Assembly: GCF_964355755.1 (NCBI RefSeq)
Contig: NC_092673.1
Coordinates: 1,736,001 to 1,800,000 of the forward strand
Direction of reading: 5' to 3'
DNA: 64,000 nucleotides
Source of the DNA: Antedon mediterranea
Lineage: Eukaryota; Animalia; Echinodermata
This document shows, one piece after another, positions 40,500 to 53,500 of this stretch. Below the pieces are notes generated by a model. That model was not told the DNA's origin. It did no database searches and saw nothing but the letters and a program-made list of their open reading frames with translations. A program made the position numbers and the translations under genes. Each line of letters begins with the position of its first letter. Position 1 is the stretch's first letter.

Positions 40500-43400
40500 T
40501 AAGTCACAGTTAAGTAGTTGCTAATTTGATGATGATGTTTTCACACTTTGGTACAATAAAGCAATTCAAACATCCTGTTTAACTGTTATTACTGTACAAA
40601 TAAATAATATTTTATAAATACTGATTTCCTACGCAATGATCAACACGGCATTTCAATCGTTTTAGCCTTAATCGAAGGATTTCTAGAAAGTAGGAAAAAA
40701 AATAAGAAGCTAGTAGTACTGTAGTGTAAAGTAGTAGAGCCTTAAACTTTTTAATATTGTATGGATGCAAAAAAAGAGAGTTTATATAGGCCCGTCATTA
40801 TGGATTCCTTGTTTTCAGTTAAAATATCAATATTGGCGCCATTTAATTTGTAGTACTACAATGAGTAAACATCGTTATCATTTTAATGTTCGTTTTCTGT
40901 CCGTCTTCAGCATCTGATGAAACATGACGTATAGAAAGAATGTGACCGTTTCGATTTAACATCACATTTTAACTGCTCCTAAACGGACGGATATCTATCA
41001 TCGATGGATCGTGTGAAGACCTCTAGGCTTTGACGAACCGCATTTTGTCAGCCTCTTGAGGGTTAAAGTTCACTTTTCTAATTGATGTCGTTTTCATCAC
41101 CTTCGTATCGTTGGCTACTTGAGTGCTATTTAGGACAATGGTTAGGATGTCGTCTGATTTCATTGCTCATGAAAAATGGCCGCAATTTGTCAATCCATTA
41201 GGTAATGATGAAAGATATAAGCAGACATTGAAAAATCAAGTCCTTGTAGCTAAACAGTTTGCCCGTCATCACAACAAATATTATGTATGATATTGATGGG
41301 TTGTTGACGTAAATACATAATTAGGATGACAAAGTGTTGATGCAACCATCAGGCTTTAGTGATTGAAGCCTGATTACTCATACTTAAGATTCTCTGTTTA
41401 TTCAGAGTTCTCTAAATGGAAAGATCTCTAACGAAAGTGTTTATTTTAGTATGTAGGTAGTCATGGCTTACTTTTACTAATTTGTATGCAGATTTACAAG
41501 TTTGACAATTACACTGCTGTAGATTGTTTTCGTTATTTCCAAATAGGTAACATCTAGTTTCTGATTGAAAATTTTTCGCGCCGCTTCTTTAGGCAGTTAC
41601 ATTCAAGAGAACGGATCATTAGACAAACAGTTACCACGCGGTAGGTTTTTGTTTACTACGGCTGAAAAAATGTTTATTTGGAAACTCTGACTGGGCATGC
41701 GCACACCCCAAAACACGTCTGGAAAAAGAGAGTCTATGAAAACATTTGCTGATAAATATTGAGATGCATATAGGCAGTAGTTATCGTGAGATGAGCTGCG
41801 TTTTTTGTAAGAAATATTTCTTGATTAGGTTTGTTGTGGACTGTATTCCAAAATCTAAAATATGAAGCTATTATTGGACTGTAGAGGGGGTAATCTTAAT
41901 ATTCAGCCTACCATTTTTTTTTAAATGGGTTTTGTTAGTCAGACTCATCATATACTTTAAATTACCAAATAGACCGAAATTGCTTAATTTATATCTTAAA
42001 GTGCTCGGTGAATCTTCTAGCATGATCACTTTAGTGAAGTCTGAACGTACGTTAGTTTGGCACCAGCAAAATAGTGCTTTTTACTACTTACTGTTTACAA
42101 ACTAATTGACATTTTTTAATTTTGGAAAAACATAATCGAACGTGCAAAAAATAAATGACGTCAGAATGATGATGATGATAAATAAAAATGATTGATTGCT
42201 TTTTGTTCTAAAAATGGAAAACAAGACATAAACATGAATTTTGATGGTAACCTTATTGATCAACGATAGATTTGGTCAATCATAGGGAACCACGGGGGAA
42301 TTGTAAATCTCCATTACATTGAATCAGTCCAACAACAGATGTAAAGTTATCATTAATATGCTTCATATAACCACCATCAATTGATTTCAAATATATTACA
42401 AATATAATAGCAAGTTAAGCTCCCTCTAGTCATTAGCTAACAATTTCGTTTGTCTAGGCCCTCGATGACAGACATTTCGCGGCTAATGACAGGCGTCAAG
42501 CGGGGGTAATTTATCATTCACATGGGATGTAATAAGTACTGGGCTTAAACTACATGCCTACAAATAATGCATCATGGGATACTGGTACAACCCGTATAAT
42601 GCACTTTATGATGCAGATTATCATTATTACGCAAAACATGTTTGCGCATGCGTAGCTGATGAATTTGATTTAACCTACTTCGTATAGAAACAGATTTGAT
42701 AATAAATAACGTTGCTAAAATTCATATTTTATTTATTAAAAAATGATGGAAACATTATCGAGATACTTAGATATCCGTAATAATTCAAATTCAATTCAAC
42801 TTTATTTCAGACAAACTGTCCATATGAAACACATAAAGTTTACAAAAACAACACATTATTATGGCTATACTGATACTAGTTAACACACGTAAAAGTATAC
42901 ATGAGATTAAATATACAAAAGTTCTGTCCATTTTCTATGCAACTTTGAATCTTTTAGAATACGAGAAAAAACACATGTAATTAAAGTATTACAGCTTTTT
43001 TCAATTTTTGTTTTGAAACAAAAAATTTATTTCCGAATGTACTCATAGAAGGAGGTAATATTTCGTGATCCTTGGTTTAGTGACATAACGAATTATTTTG
43101 TTTTAAAAAAATAAAAGAAACAGTTCATGTTCTCATGTTTTCATTTCACCGCCGCTTATTGATTGTAGCATGGGTGTTTTTATGGTTAGTTTAAACACTG
43201 AATAAGGGAAAACTAGTAGGCCTATAGATACCAAACAACAATGTTTTAATATAGCTTAAAGTGTGGTTTTCCTGTTGTAGTTGATGTGGCAAAACTTTAC
43301 AATGGCTACAATGCGTGTTCAATCTTTGATATCTTTATCGATATATAAATTGACTTTATGAGCACATTTGTCACGACAATATCCATTTTACTTTGAATGA

Positions 43401-44365
43401 ATAGATTCACATACATATATTTTAGTTAAACATTTGTTTTGTTTTAGTATCATCGTTGACAATATAACGTGCTTAGCTTTAACGTGTATCATAAAAGTTG
43501 TTAGATAGCATAGTGAAGGTTAAGTCGAAGCTCTCTCCCTCTGGACCCGACACAGATGAGCTAGCTAGATGTGATAATTGCTACATATGTCTGCTCAACA
43601 ATCCTTTACCGTACTCATACATCATACAATTATCGCGTAAATTACCTTGTCATTTGACAAGTCACAGCTGACGCAAGCTGTTAAACGTTTAGTTTGTTTA
43701 CCGGATTCGATTTACTATAACAAAACTAGCGTTGATCATCGTATGCTGCTGTGCTTCTCGGGCTAACCTGCGAATCAATCAATTAAAAATACATAATATT
43801 GAGAAATGGAACAAATTTAGGCTATTAAATCACTAAATACTGATTTATTGAGAGGCTGTTTCACACTGTTATTTACGGTATGCTTCTTTTTAGCAATTAA
43901 GATATCGATAGGTGGCAGTAGATAAATATAGTAGGCCTACACGAACACTTTTTAAGGGGACACCTTATTCGGGACCCAACAACGTTTCCACTGAATTAAT
44001 AGAGTGAAATCTTCTCATTTAAATAGGAAGGTCCCCTGAATGGTGACACTCTCTCGAATAGGATCAGGCCTATTTGAAATGCAATATCGATTGAAGATAA
44101 AGTGTACAAATTACAATCGTGTAGAGGGCGGACTAAGGTCATTTTGTCTTTAAATGGGTTTTAGCGTCCTCTATTGCTTGCAACTTAATCGATTGTATTG
44201 GTACCATTCGCATTAAACAGAAATGTTACTGTACTACCATGTTGTTATAATGATTTTATTTTTTTTCTTAATATTTCTGATAATAATTGATTTAGTAATT
44301 AGCAAACAAATATCAAAACGAATGAAATGCTTATTTCAAATCACGGCAAAAGCTTATTCAATTCA

Positions 44366-47300
44366 TTAAAATTTAAAAATCAAATCATTGATTCGTTTCA
44401 TCGTCTGTCTTTGATCTTCTTCAGACATTCCTCTGAGCTCAGCCTCTAACCAATCGCAGAATGTGTCGATTGTGTCTTTTGGTTTCTCAGTACCTGCCTG
44501 TGTACAGACACATCCTGGAAATAAGGAAAAACCTTTAGTGATGAAAAGAAACTTAGATCCTTCCAAACGTAATTTTATTCATAGTTTACTTGTTTTGTTA
44601 ACCGTCCTCATTATTTAAACCATCAGGCATTTGATCTGATGTTAATAATCTGTTAATGTGTTTTAAAACATGTTGATATGATCAGTGAACCTAGTAGGCC
44701 TATGACTATTTCTTACCTCCTGCAGGTTGAGTTGTCGGCTTGTTTGCGTCGGTTTGAATTACTATATTTTGGGAAAATGTTCCATACCCGTAGACGTTCA
44801 TTGCTGCTACCTACAATGCAAGTTTGGATACTAAAACATTTGTACGGAAGTTATGTCTACGACGTTAAATTGCAGGCTTTCGAAACAAGCTTAGTGGTTT
44901 CATTTTTTTAGATTCGTTATATATACGCTTGGTTGGGAGTAGACGCGACGCAATCGAGTTGACAAATGACAACCGACAGTTTAAATACGCCATTGGCTGT
45001 GATTGGTCAAATCACTTAATAAGTTGCGTTTTACAATACAAAACACTTACCTTCACATTGTATTCAGTCTCTGGATTGATGTTATCGTCAATATTTATAT
45101 ATGTATTATTTGTATGAAATTGACTGATTTCAAACAAATTGGAAGTGATTCGGACTTGGTACCCAATGACGTCACACAGAATTGCATCTTCTGGTGGACT
45201 CCAGTTAATAGTGACGGATGATGCAGTTGTGCTGATCGAGGTTATGTTTGGAGCTCCCGGACCTAAAATATTTTAGAAACTTATATTTTATTTTTTTATT
45301 ATTTATTATTAAAACATTTATATTTGGTAATCCACAGTGATTAAGCCTGCAAAAATCTTGGAAGGTGCTATTATTAAAAATTATTTAAAATAACTAATTT
45401 TGTTTACTTAAAAGACATTTTGATTCAAGACATTGTAAGTGACTCACAGACTGAAGTGTATTATTTATAAATACATAGAGTGAAACTTCATATTATTAAG
45501 TTGGAAATAAAGATAATCACATTACACTATTAAAATACTTACAAAGAATATTTTTCACATTATTTATTTTATTGCAGGTCCGTAATAAGTGCTTTATTTG
45601 ATTTACCTAAGGGTTGTATTTTTAGGCGTTCTCCCCAATCTCCTGCAATATCTCTATTGTTAACAACTCTGGCATACACGTCATAGGGAACACATTTTGA
45701 TGTTATACTTATATCTCTGTTTGTTGTGTTGAGGATCTGTACGGCTCTATCGTATGTACTCAATCTCAATTGATATCGAAGTATGTCATTACACTGAATT
45801 CGCTCATATGCATCGGATACACTCTTTCATAGAAAAAAATTGGACAATATTAGAACACAGTTTAACAAGCATTGTGCCAACCTTCTCCCAACACTCTCAC
45901 TCCTGAGGACGATCAAAGCATAATTAATCGAAACGTCGATCAACAGTTCTTTTCCGAACTAATACACGTGCTGTACCGTAAACTTTATAGGCCTATCAAC
46001 ATTTGATTTCGCCATGCAAACCTTCAAACAGTACCATCCTGCTATTAAAAACCTTTTTTAACATTATTTTTATAGATCGGAAGGTTTTCAATGCTCATTT
46101 TGTATCAAAAACAACGAAGTGTTCCTTTCGGGAAGTAAATAAGGTCACAAAAAGGTAAGATATTTTGTAACATTCAATATAATCGGAAGTGAACAATAAT
46201 TACCTGTATTTCTAAGTAAATATAATGGTCTTCTGCTGCTTTCAATGTTACGGTTGGCGCGTCTAGAGGTCCTTTTTAAAAGAAATTAAAATAATGGAAA
46301 ATGATAAGAATACAGTAACAAGTTAACAAAACAAATGTTATAATAATTTGGATTGCTCCCTTCTTCAACCAATAATGTAATTCATGTGTAGAATACATTA
46401 TATCAACAATCACGGTACGTCAGTGGCCTATCGTCAGTCAGTCAAAGTCAGTTTATCACAAACTCTGTACATAGAAAAGAAAAGATAACTAAATGTTCTG
46501 AAATGATATATTTGGTAAAAAATAACTAAGATTATATACAATATACTAGAAATGGGAGTTAAAAAGGTATAAATAAAAATTGATTAAAAGCAGAAAACAT
46601 GATAGCCCTTTCCCCTCTTACTTGAACACTTCATGTCTGCATACCCATGAGGACTTGGCGGACCAACCGTCTCAATACCCGCCACCAATCTGCTGTGCTG
46701 AGCATAGAATTCAACATTAGACGCTGGTAAAATGTTATCAATGGTTATAAAGCTGTCACTGTCCGTTAAAGTAACTGAAGTAAATGTATCCAACGATGAT
46801 GTTTTATACCATACTCTTGTTGTAAGGATAGTTCCTGTCCCGTAGTCTTCACCTGGTACCCAAGAAGCGTCTATTGTCAATGTAGTTAGCGTTGAGGTGA
46901 CGATAGTCGGGGCGACGCTACGATATGGTAAAGCTACAAAAATAATAGGCTAAATTATTATGGTATTTATAATAATATAATATTTTTTATTTATGTCTTA
47001 CGCAATGTGGCCAAGGATTACCAACAGTGAATGAATCACTGTCCTATCAGATAGGTGTTAATCCCCCTGTTACAGGGGCTATTTTGTGAACCAGTATACC
47101 GGGGTAACCCCTACTCTTCTCGAATAATGAACTGGGTTCTTTTAAAGTGCGCACAGGTTATAACTGTGTACACTTGACCTAAGGTTTATAGTCCTTATCC
47201 TGTTCCACCACCAGAACTAGGAACGAGAACCCTTAGCCGATGTTGTCGGCTCTTTAGGTAGGGCCTACGGTAAACGGCGCCCCTGCCTTTACCACTCGGC

Positions 47301-50037
47301 CATTTGACTCGCTCTTATATATATAATAATTTACATCGGTTTATACTAGCAAACAGCCATAATAAATTAAATATACCTATACTACAATCATGGCCAGCCC
47401 ATGCCTCGTGACAGCCGACGTCACAGCTCCCATCCGTGTTACAATTACCATCATCCTTACAATGACACGGATAGTTACATAATATGCCAAACATACCATG
47501 TGTGCATCGAGACAAAACGGTTTCTTAAAAATAAAAACGTATTTTAAAGTGCATTGTGATATTAGTCCTACATATCAACATGGACAACATACGATAGATA
47601 TTTGTAATGTAATTTAACAGAATTACCACAATACAGTAACCAAGCAATAAATCGATTTCTTACTTTGGCATCCGGGTCCTTCGTAACCCTCTAAACATGT
47701 CGCATTTTCCCGGCATCCCCTACTATTGTCACAATCTTGTGGTTCGCAATAACAAGTTTGAAGACAATTTATTCCATAGTTCATTCCATAACACTCTATT
47801 GGACAATAAATGCATTTTTCAATCAAGGTAGAGTGGTTGAAAATAATACATGTAACGGTCAACTCGGACAGCGTCGTACGACGAGACCCGACGTCGGCAT
47901 AAACTAAAACATGTTTAATGTTCTCCCAACGACCTAAAAACTACGCCCGACCCTATCGCAAGACGACTCGTCTCGTGGGAATTCAACGTCGGGCCTCGTC
48001 GTACGATTCTGTCTGATTTAGCCTTTAGCAAATCAAAGTTAATCTATCTGGGAATACGAATACAGTCAGCAATCAATAAAATAAAATAGTTTAATTTACC
48101 TGTATAGCAATCGTTTCCGGTATACCCACGATAACAGGAACAGCCTACTGGATCTGGAGGACAAAAAGTCGTCCCTAAACATGTTGGATTACTGCTGCTA
48201 CAATTCATTTCACAATATCGACCCCAGTTACTTGACTCACAACCTACCAAAGTAAAGATTTAATTCATGTTGAAGGAATTATTTAAAACTATAACAAAAA
48301 TACTTTCTCCAGAGCGGGTATCTCTCACCAATCCACCCTATACTCCAGTAATTTAATATCTTTTTAGTACAACCCTGGTCATTTTGATACTCCATTAAGC
48401 CTATATAAAAGAAATTGCATTTTATTTGTCGGGCATTTGTATGATTTGTTTTATTTTTTTGAATGCACCTTGAGCACTCTTGAGTGGTATGTGCGCTATA
48501 AAAATCCTGTTATTATTATTGTTATTATTATTAGTGTTATTATTATTATTATTATATCCTATCATGTGGCCGATAAGCATTTCAAATGCAAAATATAAAT
48601 TTGTATGAATCACATACCACCGATGTAAAATAAAGCAATCTTACCCTTTTCACAATGTTCTCCCATAAACCCTACTGGGCAAACACATACACCCGTCTTA
48701 TCGTCACAAACTCCTCCATTGTAGCATACTGGACAGTCTTCCTCACAACCAGGGGGATTCCATTTTGGTGAAGGGCATTCTGAGTAAGATATGTAAAAGG
48801 TTTACCTTTTTTGTATTCTTTTTCAACCATTGAACCGATTAGGATTATTCATTGGTCATGTAATATTTCTAATACAGATAATTGATGATTTGATATTTGT
48901 ATTTACCTCTTACTATTAGTCTCATTATACCACCTCGCGTATACTCGTCAAACAAATAACATTGATACACCCCGTCATCTTTAGCACGTACATTATCAAC
49001 CGTAACGGTCTTTAAACGACGCCACTCCATAATTTCTGGACCATAATTATGTATCCAATGAAAATCCCAGGTACTCGAACTTCCTCTGTCGAGATTGATA
49101 GTGGCAGATTCACCAACACCGACCGTCAGTGTTCGGTACTCCGTTGTAACAGAACCTTTGGAAATAGATTGTATAATTATGAATAACCAAAACCTTAAGT
49201 AATACACATTATGTGTATTGGCCTATGAAATGTGTAATCATTTTATTCGTTTAATCGTATGTTGTTTAGAGTTCTAACAAAAATGAATTAAACTCACCTA
49301 GATATCTTGTGACGACAACTGCTGATCGAGTAATGACGTCGTTTTTAGACACCTCGAAAGTAAAGACACCAACATCTTGTTCTCTGGACAGATCTTTAAC
49401 ACCAAGATACATAAAGTCTTCATCAACAGAGTAAATAATACTGCCGGGCGGCGGTAAAACTCTGTCATCCGGCAAATCTATTGACAATTGGTTCAAATCC
49501 CCTGGGGTTTGGTTCAAATCCCCTGAATGGCCAGTGTCAGCCCAACTGATGTTTTTCTTCTCATCTTTATACAACCTGCCAATGCTAACATCTGTAGTCA
49601 TGCTGTTCTTTCCTATATACCCACGGAAATAGTTTTTCTCGGGTCCGCGTGCGAGAGCTCTTGCCACTATGGTAATATCTAAAAAATCTGAAAAATAAGA
49701 TAACTTTATTCGTCCACAAATGGAAATTATGATTGCCTCACACACGCAGCAGTTACAGAAAACAACAGTATTAATTACGGTGTATATAATATGTGATTGT
49801 CACCCAAACAAATTTAATTTTTGGAAAAATATAATGAAATGTGTCGTGGTTCACTATTCGTTTACATAATATTCAAAACAACCAGCGGGAGGTTTCTCTA
49901 TTTCACTCCAAAAAAAAAGCATTATATAGTGAATGAAAATGTTACTTAAATAACTATATATGTATAGTCTTACCTGAAGAGGGCTTTACTGCTGTAAGGA
50001 AACAGAAAACCACGACAATCCTAAATATAACCAACAT
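44366..50037 (-). CDS. Secreted Tie-ectodomain-like protein, copy A (~770 aa: SP-Ig-Ig-4xEGF-3xFN3-BESS-like tail); exons 50037-49974, 49687-49298, 49155-48907, 48779-48645, 48243-48100, 47795-47664, 47523-47377, 46933-46622, 46271-46204, 45823-45607, 45262-45051, 44810-44717, 44514-44366
   Basis: Signal peptide [21 protein letters not shown]; Ig ending GVYQCY...IMRLIVR; Tie-type EGF run [30 protein letters not shown] / [11 protein letters not shown]; FN3 with EDYGTG...GPPSP. All introns are GT-AG and exons sum to 2313 nt in frame; AATAAA at 44255-44260 (-). Confidence 0.85.
44888..45030. mobile_element. MITE family 1, degenerate copy in an intron of copy A
   Basis: GTAGACGCGACGCAATCGAGTTGACAAATGACAA...CTGTGATTGGTCAAATCACTT motifs. 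Confidence 0.6.
46990..47313 (-). mobile_element. tRNA-derived SINE with a Deu/Nin-type central domain, in an intron of copy A only
   Basis: On -: A-box-like TGGCCGAGTGG head, then GGATAAGGACTATAAACC...AAAGAACCCAG...TCGAGAAGAGTAGGGGTTACCCCGGT, resembling the Deu/Nin core as recalled; A-rich tail. Absent from the homologous introns of B and C. Confidence 0.7.
47854..48025. mobile_element. Degenerate MITE in an intron of copy A
   Basis: Imperfect ~40-bp inverted termini GACAGCGTCGTACGACGAGACCCGACGT / ACGTCGGGCCTCGTCGTACGATTCTGTC. Confidence 0.75.
48408..48556 (+). mobile_element. Retroposon (SINE/LINE) 3' tail ending in (ATT)n
   Basis: AAAGAAATTGCATTTTATTTGTC...CCTTGAGCACTC..GAGTGGTATGTGCGCTATAAAAATC..(TTA)n; a second copy lies at 57855-57978 in a non-homologous intron. 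Confidence 0.75.
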
Positions 50038-50169
50038 TCTGGTGCATGGATTCTTAGTAGTGTGAACTTGTCTACTCTACTTCCCAACGATATTAAGTTG
50101 GTTTTGGTAATTACTTGCTTTTTTATTATGCAAGATACCTTCATTGGCCCATAGAGGATTTCCTTTAGT

Positions 50170-50400
50170 ATCGACACAACTTGGTACCTATTGTTATCCT
50201 TCTATTTCCTTTGCCAGGGGCGTGTGGGAAAGAGCTCGGTACCGATGTCATTTTATGGCAATCACGTGATCAATTATGTACAGGGTATCAAGGTGAACGC
50301 ATGCGCACAAACCAGACAAAAGTACATTTCCTGACACGACCCTGCTAAATGATAAACCATTTGTACCAAGATGTTCCAATGCACCTGGATCCTTATTAAA
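50170..50400 (-). promoter_or_regulatory. Conserved upstream block of copy A
   Basis: Homologous to 56090-56340 and 61698-61960; contains GGGGCGTG, GTGGGAA (50224-50230), TCACGTGA (50262-50269), TCAAGGT and ACGCATGCGCA (50297-50307). Confidence 0.7.
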
Positions 50401-50559
50401 GGGATAAATATTTGCTTTACCACCCTGGTTTCTTCTTCATAATGAACTTGTACACTGTTTGTTTTGGTTCTTTTCTTTATTAAACCATTGATTTAGTTAA
50501 AAATAATGGTAGCCTACGGTAGGCCTATATAGTACACGGTGTGAGCTAAACTACTCCTA

Positions 50560-53500
50560 TTAAAATTTAAAGATAACATCATTGATTCTTTTCATTAATT
50601 GCCTTTGATCTTCTTCCGACATTTCTCTGAGGTCAGCCTCTAACCCATCGCAGTATGTTCCAATTCTGTCTTCCTCGACCTTATCGACTAGCTCTTCTGA
50701 AAATGAAGCATTATGAGAATCGTAAAATGTTTACTACTTCTGTTAATTGTATTTATCGTTTTAACTAGGCTAGCAGTTATGGTTTGTATGGCTAAGTTAT
50801 AGATGTATCTTACCATTTGCTTCAGATATTTCTTGCTGGTTATTGTCTCCCGGCTGATTTGCCGATTCTTTGTTTTCGACGTCAGTTGTAATCATTATAT
50901 TTGGAGAAAATTCACCAAATCCTTTGATGTTTCTTGCTGCTATCTACAATTCAAATTATATATTATTTTTCATGTTTTGTATGAAATCAACTTATGTTTA
51001 TTTAACATCTATTAGCAGTAATGTTTTTTCCACAAACCTTCACAATGTATTCAGTTCCGGGATTAATGTTTTCTTCAACATGTAAATGCTTATTAGTTGT
51101 AAGTTTGTTGATTGTAAACAAACATGATGTGATAATGACATTGTATTCAATGACGTCACACAAAGTTCGGCCATCTGTTGGACTCCAGTGAATAGTAATT
51201 GAATCTGAAGTTGTGGAGAGTGACGTAATATTTGGGGCTCCCGGATCTACAAATTAAACGAAATGATTTTTTATTTCTTTGTCCTATACTGATAGTTTGT
51301 TTATTTCAACATTAAAAGCAAAATCACAAACGATTGAATAATTTATATGTTATTTTTGGTCCTTATACAATCAGTACAAACTAAATCAATCGTCGATTTT
51401 TCGTAAACTTAGTTAACTTACATGTTGTTGCAGCAACAACGTCTTCCAGAACGACCGTTCCGTTTGAGTTTAAATAAGAACTCCAAACTAAGAAGGTGTA
51501 CGATTCACATGCTTCAATTCCTTCATTCAGTATCACGTGAGTTGCTGTCGTACTCCCCTCTTGTTGTACGATTCCATTTTGCAGCAATTGATAGAAATAT
51601 CGAATATTTTCATACGAAACACAAGATGCAGCCGCCCATCTCATTATAAGTGCTGTTTCATTAGCAGTCGAGTCTTCATTATTTGAAGGTGCTGGTTAAA
51701 AATTGAAGACATTAAGAAATAAACATACGCTTAACATCTAGTATTAATAAAACATATGAAAATATGGTAATATTGGGAGATGGGGGTTGTTGTCGTTTTA
51801 ATTAATTATGTTATGGTTAAAGATACAAGTGCTTTACGATAGAATAGTTACAATGAATTCTTCTTGGTTCCATATAAGGGATAATAATAATACCTATTGC
51901 ATTTACCTAAGGGTGGTATGTGTAAGTGTTCTCCCCAATCTCCAGCAATATCTCTATTGTTGACAATTCTGGCATACACGTTATAGGCAACGCATTTTGA
52001 TGTTATAATTGGTACTTGTCTGTAATAACCGTCCGTTGTGTTGACGATATCGTGTACGGTTCCGTCAATACTCTCGTATCTCACTTGATATCGTAGTATG
52101 TTATTACATTGAATTCGTTCAGGAGCATTAGAGACATTCTAGATAGAAAAGTAGTATAATCCGCAATTGGAAGAATTTTTATATCGATTTTTAACTAAAT
52201 CTGCTACTTTTTAAAAACGTGTATAGATTGGAAGGTTGTCAGGGCTGATACTGTGATAAGAACCTAGCCACGATGCACGTTCGTTTGCCATACTAGAAAT
52301 TAATCATACAGGTAAGGTATTTTTATTTTTAATACCATAATATTAACGAGAGAATTGAACGTACCTGTACTTCTAAGACGATATAATGTGCTTCAATTGC
52401 TTTCAATTCTACGGTTGGCTCGTCTAGAGGTTCTTAATGATATAATATAACATTTAACGTACAAATGATGTAGTTTACAGTCAATATACTGTATAGTTCA
52501 ACGTTTTTATTTATTCATGAGGTCTTTTCTTGTGTTCGATACCCAACTAAACTCACTTGTTGTATGACATATTAAATGATGTAATTAGGAACATACTTTT
52601 AAAATTACATTGACAAAAAAAACAAATGAGAAAAAGAATTGTATATTAGTTTAGAATATAAAGGGAAATTACTGAAAAAATGATAATTCTGTGGGTATCA
52701 GTGGCTGGATCTCAATTAAAATACAAAATAAAATAAGCAAAAAGCTAAATCAAAGTAAAAACAGCCAGATTAGTAGATCTTTCGGGCAACAGTACAAGTG
52801 AGCGTACTTGGACAAAGTAGTAGAATTAATTAGTTTAGAATATAAAAGCATTATAAATTCTTACTTGAACATACGATGAGTGCATAGCCATTTGGGCTTG
52901 GTGGACCATACGTCTCGACACCTGCTACCATTCTGCTGTGTTGCGTGTAGAATACAAGATGAGAATCTGGTGATATGTTATCAATAGTGATAAAGTCATC
53001 GTTGTTTGTCGTATTAACTGAAGTAAATGTATCCGATGATGATGTTTTATATTTATACCAAACTAATGTTGACACAATAGATCCTGTTCCGTAGTCTTCA
53101 CCTTGCACCCAAGAAGCGTCTATTGTTAGCGTGGTTGCAGTGGAGCTGACAACAGTTGGCCCGGTGCTACGGTACGGCAAAGCTTGACCAAGAAAAGACA
53201 ATTGGGACTAATATTACAACCATGATGAAGTAGTCAACTGTAATTGTTTCCAATTTAAGTAATGAACTTAGTTTATATTTCATAAAAGCAAATATTTATT
53301 AAATATACCTATACTGCAATCATGCCCTGCCCATCCATGTAGACACCCAGCATCACAGCTCCCATCAGGATTACATTTCTTATCTTTCTTACAATGACAC
53401 GGGTAGTTACACAACACGCCAAACGTATGGTGTGGACACTCTCGATTCAAAACTATAAAAAATAAATAAAATCCACATTTATATTGTAATACTTTTTATA

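Noticed and set aside
47270-47313. tRNA gene suggested by an A-box-like TGGCCGAGTGG
   Set aside because: No cloverleaf or intact B-box; it continues into a SINE core.
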